Part shown: in pieces, positions 1 through 13,789 of the stretch
Position numbering within the stretch: position 1 is the stretch's first letter
Layout of the letters: each line of letters begins with the position of its first letter
Assembly (NCBI GenBank): GCA_034780895.1
Contig: JAUZTB010000033.1
Location: forward strand, 38,493,108 to 38,557,107
Direction: 5' to 3'
Length of the DNA stretch: 64,000 nt
Origin: Rhynchobatus australiae
Lineage: Eukaryota
Notes under the pieces: generated by a model
Seen by the model: the letters and a program-made list of their open reading frames with translations, nothing else
Database searches by the model: none
Told to the model about the DNA's origin: nothing
Translations under genes and position numbers: made by a program

Positions 1-359
1 ATGTTGAAAGGACTGGACAGAGTAGATGTGGCTAAGTTGTTTCCCTTGGTGGGTGAGTCCAGGACTAGAGGGCACAGCCTTAGAATTAGAGGATACCCAT
101 TTAGAACAGAAATTAGAAGAAATTTCTTCAGCCAGAGGGTAGTGGATTTGTGGAATTCATTGCCACATACAGCTTTGGAGGCCTTTGGAGGTGTTTAAGG
201 AGGAGATTGATAAGTATCTAATTAGTCAAGGTATCAAGGGATATGGGGAAAAGGCCGGAAATTGGGGCGAGATGGGAATGGTTTAGCTCATGGTGAGGTA
301 GCGGAGCAGACTCGATGGGCCGAATGGCCTACTTTTGCTCCTTTGTCTTGTGATCTTGT
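1..359 (+). mobile_element. CR1-clade LINE 3' end
   Basis: ORF2 C-terminus LFP..SRTRGHSL..RRNFFSQRVV.LWNSLP, 3' UTR gatgggccgaatggcct, short tcttgtga tail. Confidence 0.9.
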
Positions 360-360
360 A

Positions 361-495
361 AGACACAAGGGACTGCAGATGATGGAATTTGGAGCCAAAA
401 AACAAACTGCTGGGGAAACTTAGCAGGTCAGGCAGCATCTGTGGAGGGAAAGGAATGGTCAACATTTCAGGTTGAGACCTTGCAGCAGGGCTCCA
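361..495 (-). mobile_element. Penelope-like terminal repeat fragment
   Basis: Same family as 23040, 26326, 26755, 38745 and 57480 (ctgcagatg.tggaa ... cagcaggtcaggcagcatctgtgga). Confidence 0.65.
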
Positions 496-554
496 GTTGA
501 GATTTACTCCAGAAACATCAGTTTGAAAACAAAAACTGGGCTGCCGTTTCAGGG

Positions 555-722
555 TTGTACAGGGAGAGTGCTGCACCATTGGCAGTGCTGTGTTTGAGAC
601 AAGATTTTAAACAGATGTCCTGTCTGTTGTGTCAAATTGACATAAGAAAACTCACTGTTGTGAAGAAAGGCAGGAAAGTTGTCCTCGGTGTCCTGATCAA
701 TATTAAACCTCCACCGACATCC
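555..722 (+). mobile_element. Deu-domain SINE fragment (SacSINE1/AmnSINE1-like)
   Basis: gggagagtgctgcac...gaagaaagggcagg...cctcggtgtcctgatcaatatt resembles the Deu core; related copies elsewhere in window (e.g. about 9530-9670). Confidence 0.7.
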
Positions 723-724
723 CT

Positions 725-1172
725 GTAAACTATCCCTCTCGACCATCAGTAGTGTCTATGGGAGGGTGCTGCCTCAAGAAGGCAACATCTATCAAAGATC
801 CCCACAATCTGGGTCATGCCATCTTCTGGCAGGTACCATTTGGGCAGGAGGTACAGAAGTCTGAAGTCCCACACCAATGGGTTCAAGAACAGCTACTTCA
901 ACTATTCGGTTCTTGAACCAAGTGGCACAACCCTAGAGTTTGGCAACACTATGAACACTTTGATCACTTTGCACTAAAATGGACTTTGTTTTATTTCTTT
1001 AAAATTGTGCTATTTTGTAAAAAGTTTGTTTATTTTATTTTTAACATTTTTTTTATTGTGAATGCTGCTTTTATGATTCTATATGCCTATGATGCTGCTG
1101 CAACTTTTTCATTCACCTGTGCATACATGTACTTGTGCATGTGTCAATAAACTCAATGTTGACTGACTTTGA
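725..1172 (+). mobile_element. Rex1/Babar-type non-LTR retrotransposon 3' fragment
   Basis: Degenerate CLKKATS.KDPH..GHAIF...GRRYRSLKSHT..FKNSYF, then 3' UTR with aataaa and short repeat tail. Confidence 0.75.
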
Positions 1173-1533
1173 ACTGACAAGGGTGAAAATTCTACCCATT
1201 GAGAGACAGCTGACACTAATAATTTTTGGCTATTTCTTCCTTTTTGTCATCCTTCTGGTGACTATGTTACCAGAATGTAGCATACTTGACAATATTTCCA
1301 AATGAGAGTACTGCATCTGAACCAATACTGACACTTCATGAGTTTATCCTCCTTATAAACTCTGCAGGAATTGCTGGAGTTCTAAAGCAATCTTCATCTA
1401 TGCCATTCGGTCTGGTACAGTTGTGTATCAGATCCTGTTGCATGGAGAATACTTGTAGTTGCAGGCACATTGAGGGAATGCTAGGTCTTGTGCTGTTGTG
1501 ACAGCAACAAATAATCATGCATCTCACTTCTAG

Positions 1534-1693
1534 GGATCGACGTGGAGGTGGCCAGGAAGGAGGAGGAGCAGCGGATGATCCAGGATGCCAGGCAGTGGCT
1601 AAATAGAGGGAAGCTGGAAGATGTTCGGCACCCGAAAACTGGAGCAAGTGCCCTTCATGTTGCTGCAGCCAAAGGCTACTTGGAGGTCATGAA
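1534..1693 (+). CDS. PPP1R12C: Exon, ankyrin region: (G)IDVEVARKEEEQRMIQDARQWLNRGKLEDVRHPKTGASALHVAAAKGYLEVM(K)
   Basis: cacttctag|GG ... ATGAA|gtgagt; 160 nt, phase 1 to 2; ankyrin ALHVAA motif. Not in ORF track. Confidence 0.96.
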
Positions 1694-2790
1694 GTGAGTG
1701 AACAGTCATTGTGGGGTTTAGTGAAAAAAGATGAGTTTCTGGTTTTAGTCAAAAAAAATTATCCTTAGTTAGTTACTACTCATCAAAATTTTAAAGGCAA
1801 ATTTGTGTGTAAGGAATGCAGGAAATGTGATTTGATGTTAAGCTGATTTTGTTTTGTCTACAAGGAGGTTGCTGCTTCCTGCTGTGGGAACAAGCTTTAT
1901 TTGCTGTAAGAGTGAGAACATTGAGAAGATGGAGATATCAGGAGGGGTTTGGGATAGAATCAGGAAGGTTCTTCAGTATGAAACATGCCAAGAGATGAAT
2001 GAAATAAAATAATAGTCCAATGAAAGGATGAGATAAATATATCTGAAGGGATATTTTTGATGTCATTACTATTAAATGGTATTGCCTGTTCTTAGCACAT
2101 CGATATTTGTAGATATTTCATGGGCACAAATTAGTTGGCCCATTTGTTACATTTCATCAGTTACTGTATTTAAAGTATTTTACTGATTGCAAACTGCTTT
2201 GAGTCTTTGAAAAGCAAGAAACAAATGCAAATCTTTTCTCCAACTCCTGATCATGGTCCATAGGAACTCATGGATGGCCAGTTTTCAGCTGCCACATCTA
2301 ATGCATTTCATTTAGCGCCATGGAGTGTAATGGAGGGTGTCCTAAATGTGAAGGTGGGACTTCATTTCCAGAAAGATGTGCAGTGGTTTCGCATATCAAT
2401 ATGATTGTGGATAGATGCATATGAACTGAGTTGACTGGTGAAGACAAAGGCTCACGGTTTTCTCCAGAGACACTCCTGATGCTGGAGGTTGAATCTTCAT
2501 GTCACCACCTCTCAGAGAACATTCTGTGCCCTTGCCACTTTTAATGCGTCTATTCAAGTGAAGTCATATTTCAGATGCAAGATTCCCTAAAATGTTTCAA
2601 AAGAGAATTGTGATAAATCTTGCTATTCTCCACTGTTAGCTCCCTCCACGTGTATTGGCAGCACTCTATAACGTTTTTTTTCTTGTTCAAGTATACTAAG
2701 TCAGCAGAGGATTATTAATTCAAAGAAAACTGTGGCCTTTGTGGTGAAAGTATTTCTGTATCCTTTCTGCAAGATGTCTTTGTGTTGTAG

Positions 2791-2935
2791 GTTGTTAATC
2801 CAGGCTGGCTTTGATGTGAACAGTCGAGATTTTGATGGTTGGACTCCATTACACGCAGCATCACACTGGGGCAAAGAAGAAGTCTGCAGGTTGTTGGTGG
2901 AGAACTTGTGCAACATGCAGGCTGTCAATAAAGTG
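2791..2935 (+). CDS. PPP1R12C: Exon, ankyrin repeat: LLIQAGFDVNSRDFDGWTPLHAASHWGKEEVCRLLVENLCNMQAVNKV
   Basis: tgttgtag|G ... GTG|gtgagt; 145 nt, phase 2 to 0; GWTPLHAA motif. Confidence 0.97.
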
Positions 2936-4779
2936 GTGAGTCCTACCAGCATTAAGTTAAGAGCTCCCACACTGATACTGCTAATTTCTCAATGACTCTG
3001 GATTCTGTGTTGAAGTCACCGCCTTTTGAAGCTAAATGCATTGATGCACCACTGGTATGTTGCCTAGACTTAGACCACAACACTCTTGGGTTACTCAAGT
3101 GTATGCTGAGGCAACAGCTAAACTGCTGCAGGTAACCTGGTTTCCTGGACTCTAGGAAAACCCTCTAGGGTTTTTTTTTAAAAAAAGTCAGATCTGGTTC
3201 CCATTCCTGATCATCATTTATTTACTCTCAAATAGGAATGGATTGTGCCTGGCTCTTCAAATCTTTGCACTGCCAGAATTGGTTACTTCACTCTGCAAGG
3301 ATCCTATCTTATTGACNNNNNNNNNNNNNNNNNNNNNNNNNNNNNNNNNNNNNNNNNNNNNNNNNNNNNNNNNNNNNNNNTATGTTATATATCATTTTTC
3401 ATTAAAAATGTACAGATTTCCAGTTCGTTATGATGTATTATCAGGCTATAGGATACAGGAGAGAGATCTTAGATCTCTATCCTCCACTGCTTAGTTCAGA
3501 GTATTTTGTGCTGTAAGTTGCTAGAGGTACAGCTGGACAGTGGTGGAATGAGGGCAGTGGAGCATCTGGGACCAACAGTCTAACTCATTACCTACTGAGA
3601 TATAATAATGGAGAAAGGGACAGAGGAACAATAGAGGCGGCTGAACTCGAGTCAAATCAGGCATAGGAAGAGAAAGACTGGGGGGAAAAGACAGGAAAGA
3701 AAACTAAGAAATATAAAATATATTTAATGAAGGTTTTTAACATTTCTAAAATGAACTTTCAATGTACTGGAATGAAACTTGATGTTGCTTTGCAACCATA
3801 GCAATCGACTGAGATTGTATTAACAATTATAATGTGTGTAAAGGATAACCAACCTATTGCAGCAAGTTTAACGGACAAATGGTTTGTGAATCCAGCAAAT
3901 ACTTAATAGTAAAGGTAAGGCTGAGGCCATTTGTGTCGTGCAAGTTGTGGAGTTGTGTAATTGACCCAGAAGCTCTAAAAATGTGCCTCTCACAGCCTTT
4001 GTGAATCTTAATCCTTTGAATTTGATTTGCATATTAAGGGTGCATTGTTAATACAAGATTTGCAGGTTAAATTTTGTGCTTTATCTTAACAACAGTGCAG
4101 TACTGCAGTTTATCACACTGCTTCATTCCATAGTATTTTGATACATAAACACCAACATTTTTCATAGACAATTTAAAAAAAACATTTGGTAAAATCCTGA
4201 ACAACTTGTCGAGCTGAAAATTGATAACAATTGGTAGTAAGAATTAAGAGGTCTTTCAAAAGAATTTGTAGGAGGGAAGTGATTGGTAAAAAGCCTTTTC
4301 CATGTGAGCAGATTAGAATAGGTAGCTAATTATCAGTTAACTGACATCCTTAAAATAGACTAAGGTATTTTCTTGCTGAAAATGGTGATTGTTACATGAC
4401 CATTAATAAAATTGCTTGTTTTTTTGTGGGGGGGGGATTAGAAAAGGGAACATATTTCTGTGCCATGGCCTCTTTCACATGGGTAGGAATAACAGTGCAA
4501 ATTTTTAACTGCTATTACGATGAATGACAAAAAAAAATTGAAAATCTGTGGACCTGCCTGTTTCCTATTCAGAGCTGTCAGTGTGTTTTTAAAAAAAAGT
4601 TTTGAGAGATTTTCAAAATGTACCCTGCTCATTAAAGCAGTAAGTCAATAGGTAATGGTGAGGGGTGAGGGGTGGCAGGGGCAGAGAANNNNNNNNNNNN
4701 NNNNNNNNNNNNNNNNNNCATTGGAATGGCATAAGATAGATGGGTACTGATAGGCTCAATGCTCTCTTCTGATTCTTTG

Positions 4780-5550
4780 CCAATGTATTGTGCTGCAATA
4801 TTCTGTATTTCATTGTCTGATGCTGTACTGCACTATACAAATCTATTTTGCTCTCTTCTCCTATATTGTACAATATACTGTGGCCTGAATGTCTTTTCTA
4901 CCTATATAAGCTAAACAAAACAGTCAATTATTGCATTGCTTTTTGGGACTTGCAACATGAAGAGACATCATTATTGATAAATTGCCAGTGCTTTAACTCA
5001 TTATACTTGGAGAGGTTGTACCCTTGTACTGTCGTTTTGTAAGCCCTCTCATTCCACGTTGCTCTGCATTGCTGAATTTGCATAGTGCTGCTCTGTATTG
5101 TTATTGCTCTGTTTTGCTCTATAGTGCACTCTATTGTATAAAATTGATCTACTTTCCAGCATTGTTTTTATTATTCCTCTGCATTAATTATATTATTATT
5201 GCTCTTTTTCTCTGTAAAGCTACTGCACGATATTACTCTGTTTCATTGTATTCTTTTCAATACTATTGAAGGACATTTCATTCAAATATAGAGCAATGCA
5301 TTTACTAAGGGGCATACATTGTGAGTATGTTGTTCAATGTTAATCAAATTACTAGGTTTCCACTATGTTATTTTACATTATTCAATGTTATTTCATGCTG
5401 CCTACATTAATTGTTGCTCTATATTGCANNNNNNNNNNNNNNNNNNNNNNNNNNNNNNNNNNNNNNNNNNNNNNNNNNNNNNNNNCTATTTGTATCATAT
5501 TTATACTTTGCACTGTATTGCTCTTTTTTTGCACTGTATTATGCTATATT
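4780..5550. repeat. Highly degenerate pentanucleotide-like satellite (tgtat/tattg/tgctc)
   Basis: Recurrent ctgtattg, tattgctct and ctgcattg words with about 5-nt periodicity. Confidence 0.55.
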
Positions 5551-6318
5551 AGAAAATACAAATTAAAGTCGACAAAAATGATCCTCAATTAATGCATGTG
5601 ATTTTACACTGATTTATCTCGCAGATTAATGTTTCATGATGAACTTGGATAGTCGGTTTCAACTTCACATGATTTAAAATGGTGCAAAATCTCAGAAACC
5701 CCACTGGTTAGAGTTGCTTGACTTTCCTGTACTTTGCGGAAATGCGGTATGTTTCTTTTGGGTGAATTAGGTGCACTGGTGGTATCAGAATCCATAATAC
5801 CTCATGTCTGTCATAAGGAACATTGTATATGTAGAGTGGTTATTGCATGGGATGCTGTCTTCATGTGCTAATTTATAATAAATGCTAACACATTTTTGCA
5901 TTGGTGCAGTTTAAAGTAGTAATAACCAATATTTCCACAACTGTACCTGATGTCAGGGTAATGACAAAAATGCTGTATCAGGAGGCAGGACATGACTGGC
6001 AGTGTCTGAAATGAATAAGATGGTTGGTTTGAGCAAAGGAGTAGCCAAATCAGAACCGTAGTGCAGATTTATTCTTGGGTGTAGTTTAGATATCTATTGA
6101 GTAGATGTTTGACCTTTGCAGTGCATTGTGATTCAAGCAATGGCAAGATTTTTTTTCTTTAAATTGGTAGGAGTTTCACTGTAGGAGAGGTGGTTGTTTT
6201 AATTGTACTCTGTAGGCAGGTTACAACTTTACTGTTTCTGGAGTGAATGTTAAGTGGGTAGAATTGATTGTTTGCCATCAGGAACAATGATCATTGACGG
6301 GTTTTTCCTGAATCATAG

Positions 6319-6393
6319 GGTCAAACTGCATTCGATGTTGCAGATGAAAGTCTCTTGGATCTGCTGGAGGAGCTACAGAAGAAACAGACCGTT
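6319..6393 (+). CDS. PPP1R12C: Exon: GQTAFDVADESLLDLLEELQKKQTV
   Basis: atcatag|GGT ... GTT|gtaagt; 75 nt, phase 0 to 0; MYPT end-of-ankyrin motif. Confidence 0.96.
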
Positions 6394-7082
6394 GTAAGTA
6401 GACACAGACTTACAGGCAACAGTTTTTTGAATACTCAGACTACACACACAAACACTTTCATTAGGCCAAAGTGATAAAACTTGCGACCAATTACTAGTCC
6501 CTTTTAGATGCTAGTCTGGTTTGTCAGGGAGTGGAGCTGTACAATGAGGAATTTACCTTGTGCTTTTTGTGTTGAATCTCTTCCCAAGCCATCACTAGGT
6601 AATTTATGACAAATAATGGAAATCAGTACTGCAAGTGATTTCAAACGGACCTTGTTCTAGGGTCCCCTCCTCACTCTTTCAGAATTGGGGAAATGGTCAT
6701 AGACAACGTGAGGCAGAAATTTATTTAAGTTTCTTTCTATGACTTANNNNNNNNNNGCAATAGTACACTTATGTTGGGTCCAATTCCGAACATTGCTTTC
6801 TGCTCAAAGGGCAGGTGATCTAACATACAAATAAGCTTACTCCACATCGATTATGCAATCAAGAGAGATCTTTTCCACTCCAGAGATGTGACGTGAATTT
6901 TTACTGGTCAGCTTGAGCCTCCCTGTGTGGTTGTACAAGGAACTATTGCAGTGTATGAGATGGAGGGATCTTTTGTCAGGTTACTGAATTGTACACTCTT
7001 CTCCCTATGGTTTTCCCCCACACAATTGACCATTTATAGTTTTATGAATTTTTCTTTTCCTTCCTCTTTTTGCCGAAAACAG

Positions 7083-7174
7083 TTGAGGATTGAGAAGGAG
7101 AAGCAAGCCAAGATGGAGGCCTCACTTATTGAACTGTCGAATGCCTCTCAGCAAATACCAACCAGGACCAGGAG
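7083..7174 (+). CDS. PPP1R12C: Exon: LRIEKEKQAKMEASLIELSNASQQIPTRTR(R)
   Basis: Polypyrimidine tract, aaacag|TTG ... AG|gttagt; 92 nt, phase 0 to 2. Confidence 0.92.
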
Positions 7175-8517
7175 GTTAGTTCTGACTTGGTTTGTTCTGG
7201 TGATTATCCTGCAGCATGTAGACTCACTGTTTGATGAGTGGTGATGCCTACTGCATTTCCCACCCTAACACCACTGGATGAGTTTTTAACTGTAGGCACC
7301 ACTTCACCCTTGATAGATTGAGCTGATGCTTAAAAAAAAACACCAAGGATTTGCTTTTTCCCCTTCTTTTCCCACTGAAAGTGGAAGCATTGGTGCAATT
7401 GAAAATCATTTTTGAAAACATGTTTTAAAATATATTTATTTGCTTTGATTAAACCTCTTTGTGGAATAAGAATGTTAACATCTGAGTAGTTTTTCCATTG
7501 ATAAGTTGCTGTAACAGGAGTCAATGTGATGGGGTCACTGCCCCTTGATATTTTGAATGGAACCACTTCAAATGAAGGTGAACTTAAGTAATTTCTTTAA
7601 TGACATCTGCTTTTGAAAGGTGAAAGAGCGAAAGGATCAGACCTGCAGATAAAAGAACATTGGATTTCATTTTGTAGTGGTGCTGGTGTTATGGCGACCA
7701 TGATATTGAATGCTCAACATGTTTTTTTTTCCTTCTTGGTTTTAAATCAGCTTTGACTTTTATCCATAAGCTGCAATTTTGTTGCAGGTTTGTTAGTTGT
7801 TGTGTCCAATTCCTTAAAGATGTTTGTGTTGTCCTTTCGGTAACTGGTCACTGATGTGTTACACATCATTCTGGGATTTGACTGGCTTACCTTCAGTCTG
7901 TGGCCCATCCCNNNNNNNNNNNNNNNNNNNNNNNNNNNNNNNNNNNNNNNNNNNNNNNNNNNNNNNNNNNNNNNNNNNNNNNNNNNNNNNNNNNNNNNNN
8001 NNNNNNNNNNNGTGGCCCAACCCCCCCCCCCCCCCCCCGGCAAATGCTCACCCCAATTGAGATGAGGAAGGTGCACATGTACCTAGATACACACAAATCA
8101 TTGAAACAAATGAAGCATAATACACACAGATTTAATAAAGGACAAGATAAAACAAGTGTGTGCAGGCCAGTGGGCCGTGTGTGCACACACTCATTCTTCA
8201 TGTACATTCACCTTCATGTACATTCAAGGAGATGAGGATAAGTAAAGAAGAATTGAATTGACTCAGACCCTTCTCATTCACAAATTGTATCCAGTTGCAT
8301 TGTTGCTGGGGAGGTTTTTTTTAAGGTTTAACTCTCTGAACAAAATAAAGGGAAGAAAGGACAATTTATGCTAAGTAGCTATGCATCCAATGATGTTTCA
8401 TCCATTATCAAGGAAGGAGAAAGTATCCCACGTGGTTGACACCTGATTCGCCACCTTGGATATTCATTTTCTCTACCAGTGCCCCAGTTCTGTTTCAGTG
8501 TATGCCAGCTACAACAT

Positions 8518-9162
8518 ATTAACATACAAATTAGGAACAGGAGTACGTCACTTGGCCTCTCAAGCCTGCTCCACTATTCAGTAAGACCACAGTTGGTCTG
8601 ATTTTAACCTCGACTCTGCCTTCCTGCTTACCCACTGTAATCTTTCAGTTCTGTTGCTCTCAAGAATCTGCCTACTTCTGCCTTAAAATATCAAAGACTG
8701 CTTGCACCACATTTTGAGGAAAAGAGTTCCAAAGACGTCCCTCAGAGAAACATTTTCACATCTTCATCTCTGCCTTACGCAAGTTCCATATTCTCCCATG
8801 AGAGGAAATATCCTCTCCAAACCCTCCCTGTTAAGACCCTGAAGGATCTTGCATGTTTTAATTAAATTGCCTCTCTAAAAATATGTGTAATTTGTCCAAC
8901 TTTGCCTCATTTGACAACCCACCTATGCCAGGTATTAGTTTTGTAAACCAGCTCTGAACTGTTTCCAATTTGTTTACCTACTTAAATAAGGAAACCAAAA
9001 CCATACACAGTACTCCAGATATGGTCTCATCAACACCTCATATAACTGAAATATAAACGCTCTATTTCTGTGTGCGACAGCATTCTGTTACTTCTACAAT
9101 TGCAGTACCAACCTTTCGTGAATCACGTGCAACGGAACCCAGATCCCTCTGCATCTCAGAGA
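8518..9162 (-). mobile_element. Degenerate CR1 LINE 3' portion
   Basis: Reverse-complement 3' UTR (ggaacaggagta...caagcctgctcc) plus cacagtactccag (LEYC motif). Confidence 0.75.
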
Positions 9163-12100
9163 TGAGTGCAAGATGTGCTGTACATCTTGTGTGTGAGTGT
9201 CTTGCTGTTTTAATGTCAGGAGTTCATAACAGCCCTATTATGATCGCACATGTAGCATACTAAAAAAAATCAAGGAATAAAATATTTTTCATGCATTGGT
9301 GAAATGCAGGGATTATGAAATGTGCCAAATTCCCTTTCCATCCACAACAATGCTTTCTTGCAGATTTCTAAAGTGTGCTAATAACCTCCAGTGGCAGGTT
9401 CAGGTACTGCATCAGCTCTTCAATCCAAGTGCTGTGCAAATAAGGGCAAAAGAACTCCAAGTGCCAGCAAGATCTCCCTAAAACACACCATATACAATCA
9501 ACTGTATCAGTGACAGCTTGGCACCTTCCCAAATAGTTGTGTATTCAAGCTCCACTCTAGGACTTGAATGCATAATCTAGGTTGACACTTCAATACGTTA
9601 TTGGAAAACTTCTGAACTTTAGAATTATTCTCCCTCGGGATGTGATTTTAAACAGAGATCATCTATATCCATCTCACTAATGCTTATGCCAAATGACGGC
9701 CATTTAATTTCAAAATAATTCATCATATGCGAAGTCTGTGTATTTGGGAAAGTTAAGATGTTCTATAAGCGCATACCTTTTGCCATTTGCTATAGACATG
9801 GCCCCAGTGTTTTAAGCTTTCGACCCATTATTTCCTCCTGCCCTGTCATTCCGACCATTCCATTCAATGTTATTCCTGACCTGTGATTTCCGTGGTCTTG
9901 CTAATCCTGGAACCATCTGATTCTGTGCTATCTTGTGCATTGAAATCTTCAGCTATTCAAGTAGTCACACACTCCTTTACCGATTTTCTCCTCCCTTCTT
10001 CTCCACTAATGATTTCCTCAACCAATTGAGCCTTGCGGAGAAATCTTTTTGTATGTTTATTGAAACAATGTCAATTTAGCTGGAGCCAGTTGTACATCTC
10101 ATTACTTCATAGTGAAATTGACCATGACTTCTTGCCTGACTTTGTCTTCCTGCTTAATTATTTCTCTTGTCCTATGCTCACAGTAACGACCTGATTACCT
10201 GTCCAATGCCCACTCCTCTTCATTCCTTAAGACTTGAATCATCTCAATCATTTTCTCCAATGAAAACCAGATCTGTTATCCTTACAAATCCAACATCCCC
10301 CAATCAACTTATCTTTCAGATTTCTCTGTACATTTTCTATCATGTTAATTTGTCCATTTTAAGATGGTGCTTAAACCAGAACATAGTTGTCAAAACATCA
10401 TCTCACCAGTGACTTTATACAATTGGAAGAATCTGCTTAAAACGACAGTCAGTCTACCTTGAAGCAGACCCCACTAAGCAATCAGTGTGTGTTAAAACTT
10501 GGAGAACTAGGTGAAGGTTGAGTAGAACTGAGCGGCAAATTGAAAATCAGTGGATTGTTGTTTTATGCTTGGATGTGAGAGAATGACATGACTAAAGGAT
10601 GTAAAAGGTTTCACAGTTTTGAGATTTTGAGAAAAGATGATTTAGAGAAGATAGTTGAGGAACCTTGTCAAATGATGAAAGTTCAGGGAAAAAGAAGACT
10701 GAAGTGAATCTAACATTGGAGTAAGGGAAGGACAGAAATCGAAAGTTCAAAGGATCCCTCACTAAAATTGTGTAAATGAAATAAAGACGTGTCATATGGG
10801 GGAGAGTTTTGAGTCTAGCCGTGAAAGAAGAGTTGTCCATCAGAATCAGCTCTTGATCCATGTTGAGAGATGCTAGAAGGAATGTAATGATTTAGTTTTT
10901 GTACTGTGAAAATTAGAAGTGCTAGAAAAATGCAGCCGCGTAGAAGTTAGTGGATATACAATGGAATCCTTAGAAAAGATTGGGTTGAAGGATGTGTGAA
11001 GTCACTGATGGAGAAGTAAAGAACTAATAATAAGCACTGTATTGGAGTATGCAAAACAAAGGACAAAGCACCAATCACAGCATGGATGATATTGTCTCAT
11101 GCAAAACTGGGTAGCCACTAATAGAACTCTGCCTCTGGGAACTCCAAGTATGGTAATTCCTGTAAAAGTATGTAGAGTCAGANNNNNNNNNNNNNNNNNN
11201 NNNNNNNNNNNNNNNNNNNNNNNNNNNNNNNNNNNNNNNNNNNNNNNNNNNNNNNNNNNNNNNNNNNNNNNNNNNNNNNNNNGCTGTGGAGGCCAAGTCA
11301 CTGGGTATATTTAAAATGAAGGTTGATATGTTCTGGAAGACGCATCGAGCTGTGAGCACTGGACAAGGACCATACCAGTGAGTGCTTAATGGATTAGATC
11401 CATAAGCATAATAGGTAAGTATTGGCTTTGATGGTATTAGAGGTAGCAGTTGAAGGGACACAATTTTTCGAGTTCACTAAATTGCTAAAAGGAAGAAAGG
11501 ACCAAGAAAAGAAGAGACTGCAAAAGTTCAATGTTCCAATGTACATTACAACACACCTCTTGACATTTAAAATCTATCTATGTTGGAAGCAATCCACGAA
11601 ATTGATCTAGATCCAGGTAATCTAGAAAATGCTCAGTCACTTAATCTAGAGTCTGTTACATAATCATTCGTGAAGGAACCTTCAGTTTACTGTTATTTAA
11701 TACTATAATGAAGACATTTCACCTTATTAATTAATCATAGGATATTTTACATATATCACCCATTCTCTATTTTTGACCCACTTCCTAATCCATTTAATTC
11801 ATCTGTCAACATTCTATTGCGTCTCCTCATTTGTGAGTGTAAAATCATCAAACATCCTACGAAAACTTCACAAAGAATTCTAGCAGATTTCTGTCACAAT
11901 ATGTTATTGCTCCGAAATCCTTGCTGCTCTTTGAATTCTTTTTCTGCATGCCCGGATATTCTGCTTTTTCTTTGAATGCACTCATCCATTAGAAGACAAA
12001 CTATTTTCCAACTCATTGCAGAGCCCATCTCGTTGCAGTCACTCATTCCTAATTGTTGGGTTTGCCTTGTACCTTGTAACTATTTATTCTTTGTATCTTT

Positions 12101-13309
12101 CCAAACATTTTAAAATATTGATTAACATGATTAGTTAACAAATTCCACTATTATTTTATCATGTGTTGACCAGGATGGTAATGGTGAATTTGATGGGCAT
12201 TTATCATTTCAGTTTTTAATGTTGAAGTGTTGATAAAAATGATCAAGAAATAAAGAGGTTAAATTAATGAGACAAGTATATTATTGAAAGGGAATGGAGG
12301 GGAATGCTGTAAAGCAACGAGTGTTGCAGTAACCCTGTGGTGATGAGGAATACACTGTGTGTTGAGGCTTAGCCTCATGTAGATTGAAAGTTGGCTGCAC
12401 TGTATTGGCTTCTCCACTGGACAAAGAGTGATGCCTCACCAAATAAAATGCTGTGTGAGGTTTGCCTCTGGGTTCAATGATTGTTTTATGCTTTTGAGAT
12501 ACAGCAGGGTACAAAAGAACAGCTCCAGCATTTCCTTACGAGTAGCCTTCAACTCAGAGACGCAAATGCCTCGCTGCACTGGATAATCGCGGTGAAACGT
12601 TACTAATAAATGTGTTAAATCAACAATAAAACAGTTTAATAGAGCTGGAAGTACAATACTTGATAATATCAGTGCTGGGAGTGTATTATACAGTTATAGA
12701 AAATAACAGGGTGTAATGAACAGAGCATTACACGGTAATTACGAGATCCAGAGTGCAGTACACAGGAATTCATAGTTGTGGACTATGTATTTAGCTGAAG
12801 TGTTACATGTAATAATAGTGACCTGGGTTCAGAATGTATATCTTACAGAATAGATGAGAGCATGCTTTTCACGTGAGCCAGAGATACATTGCACATTGAA
12901 AGCGATTTGGGATGTTTCATTCAGCAAAAAGTATCAGTAAACAGCAGATCTGAGGGTGCATTACTGATGTTTGNNNNNNNNNNNNNNNNNNNNNNNNNNN
13001 NNNNNNNNNNNNNNNNNNNNNNNNNNNNNNNNNNNNNNNNNNNNNNNNNNNNNNNNNNNNNNNNNNNNNNNNNATGTTTGAAGGTTAGAGGGAGTGTTGC
13101 CCAGGATAACATGGGATACTACAGGAAAATAGAGCAGAGAATTATCTAAATTTACTATCAGCGTCCTATTTGCGTAGTGCTGGAGACTGGCTCCTTTATA
13201 CCCTGTTGGAGTTTTGTGTCTAACCTCAGTGATGGAACTTGCTTATCGAGTCTTGGGCCTGCACGCATCACACTAACAGCCAATTAGTGCTAATCCGTTA
13301 TCCCACCAG

Positions 13310-13482
13310 GACTTCTATTTCCCGTATGAGCAGCAAAGATAAAATATCAATGCATGACAAGGAGCGCAAGACACTGGAGTCTGTAATGCTGGAGCATGTT
13401 AATGATGAGGAGGAGGATAGGAAGAAGTTGAATGGCTCAAGTTCTGAGGAGGAGGTGCCTCATGAAGCTGAATCAGAGGCTG
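13310..13482 (+). CDS. PPP1R12C: Exon, acidic region: TSISRMSSKDKISMHDKERKTLESVMLEHVNDEEEDRKKLNGSSSEEEVPHEAESEA
   Basis: cccaccag|G ... GCTG|gtaagt; 173 nt, phase 2 to 1. Confidence 0.93.
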
Positions 13483-13789
13483 GTAAGTCAATGATTTCTG
13501 CTTCCATCACAGGGGGGGGGCTTGGAATATCTCTGNNNNNNNNNNNNNNNNNNNNNNNNNNNNNNNNNNNNNNNNNNNNNNNNNNNNNNNNNNNNNNNNN
13601 NNNNNNNNNNNNNNNNNNNNNNNNNNNNNNNNNNNNNNNNNNNNNNNNNNNNNNNNNNNNNNNNNNNNNNNNNNNNNNNNNNNNNNNNNNNNNNNNNNNN
13701 NNNNNNNNNNNNNNNNNNNNNNNNNNNNNNNNNNNNNNNNNNACAATTTAACTAAAGAAGGACTCTTTGGAAGTTTTAAGAAAATATCG

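Noticed and set aside
1-1533. AAVS1-equivalent region (human PPP1R12C intron 1)
   Set aside because: Window begins downstream, in the intron before the 160-nt ankyrin exon; intron 1 is not included.
3157-3187. Small hairpin aaaaccct-ct-agggtttt followed by a T run, terminator-like
   Set aside because: Short palindromes of this size are expected by chance; bacterial terminators do not apply.
8020-8040. Poly-C run as a G-quadruplex or proline-rich coding segment
   Set aside because: Simple homopolymer next to a gap; length unreliable.
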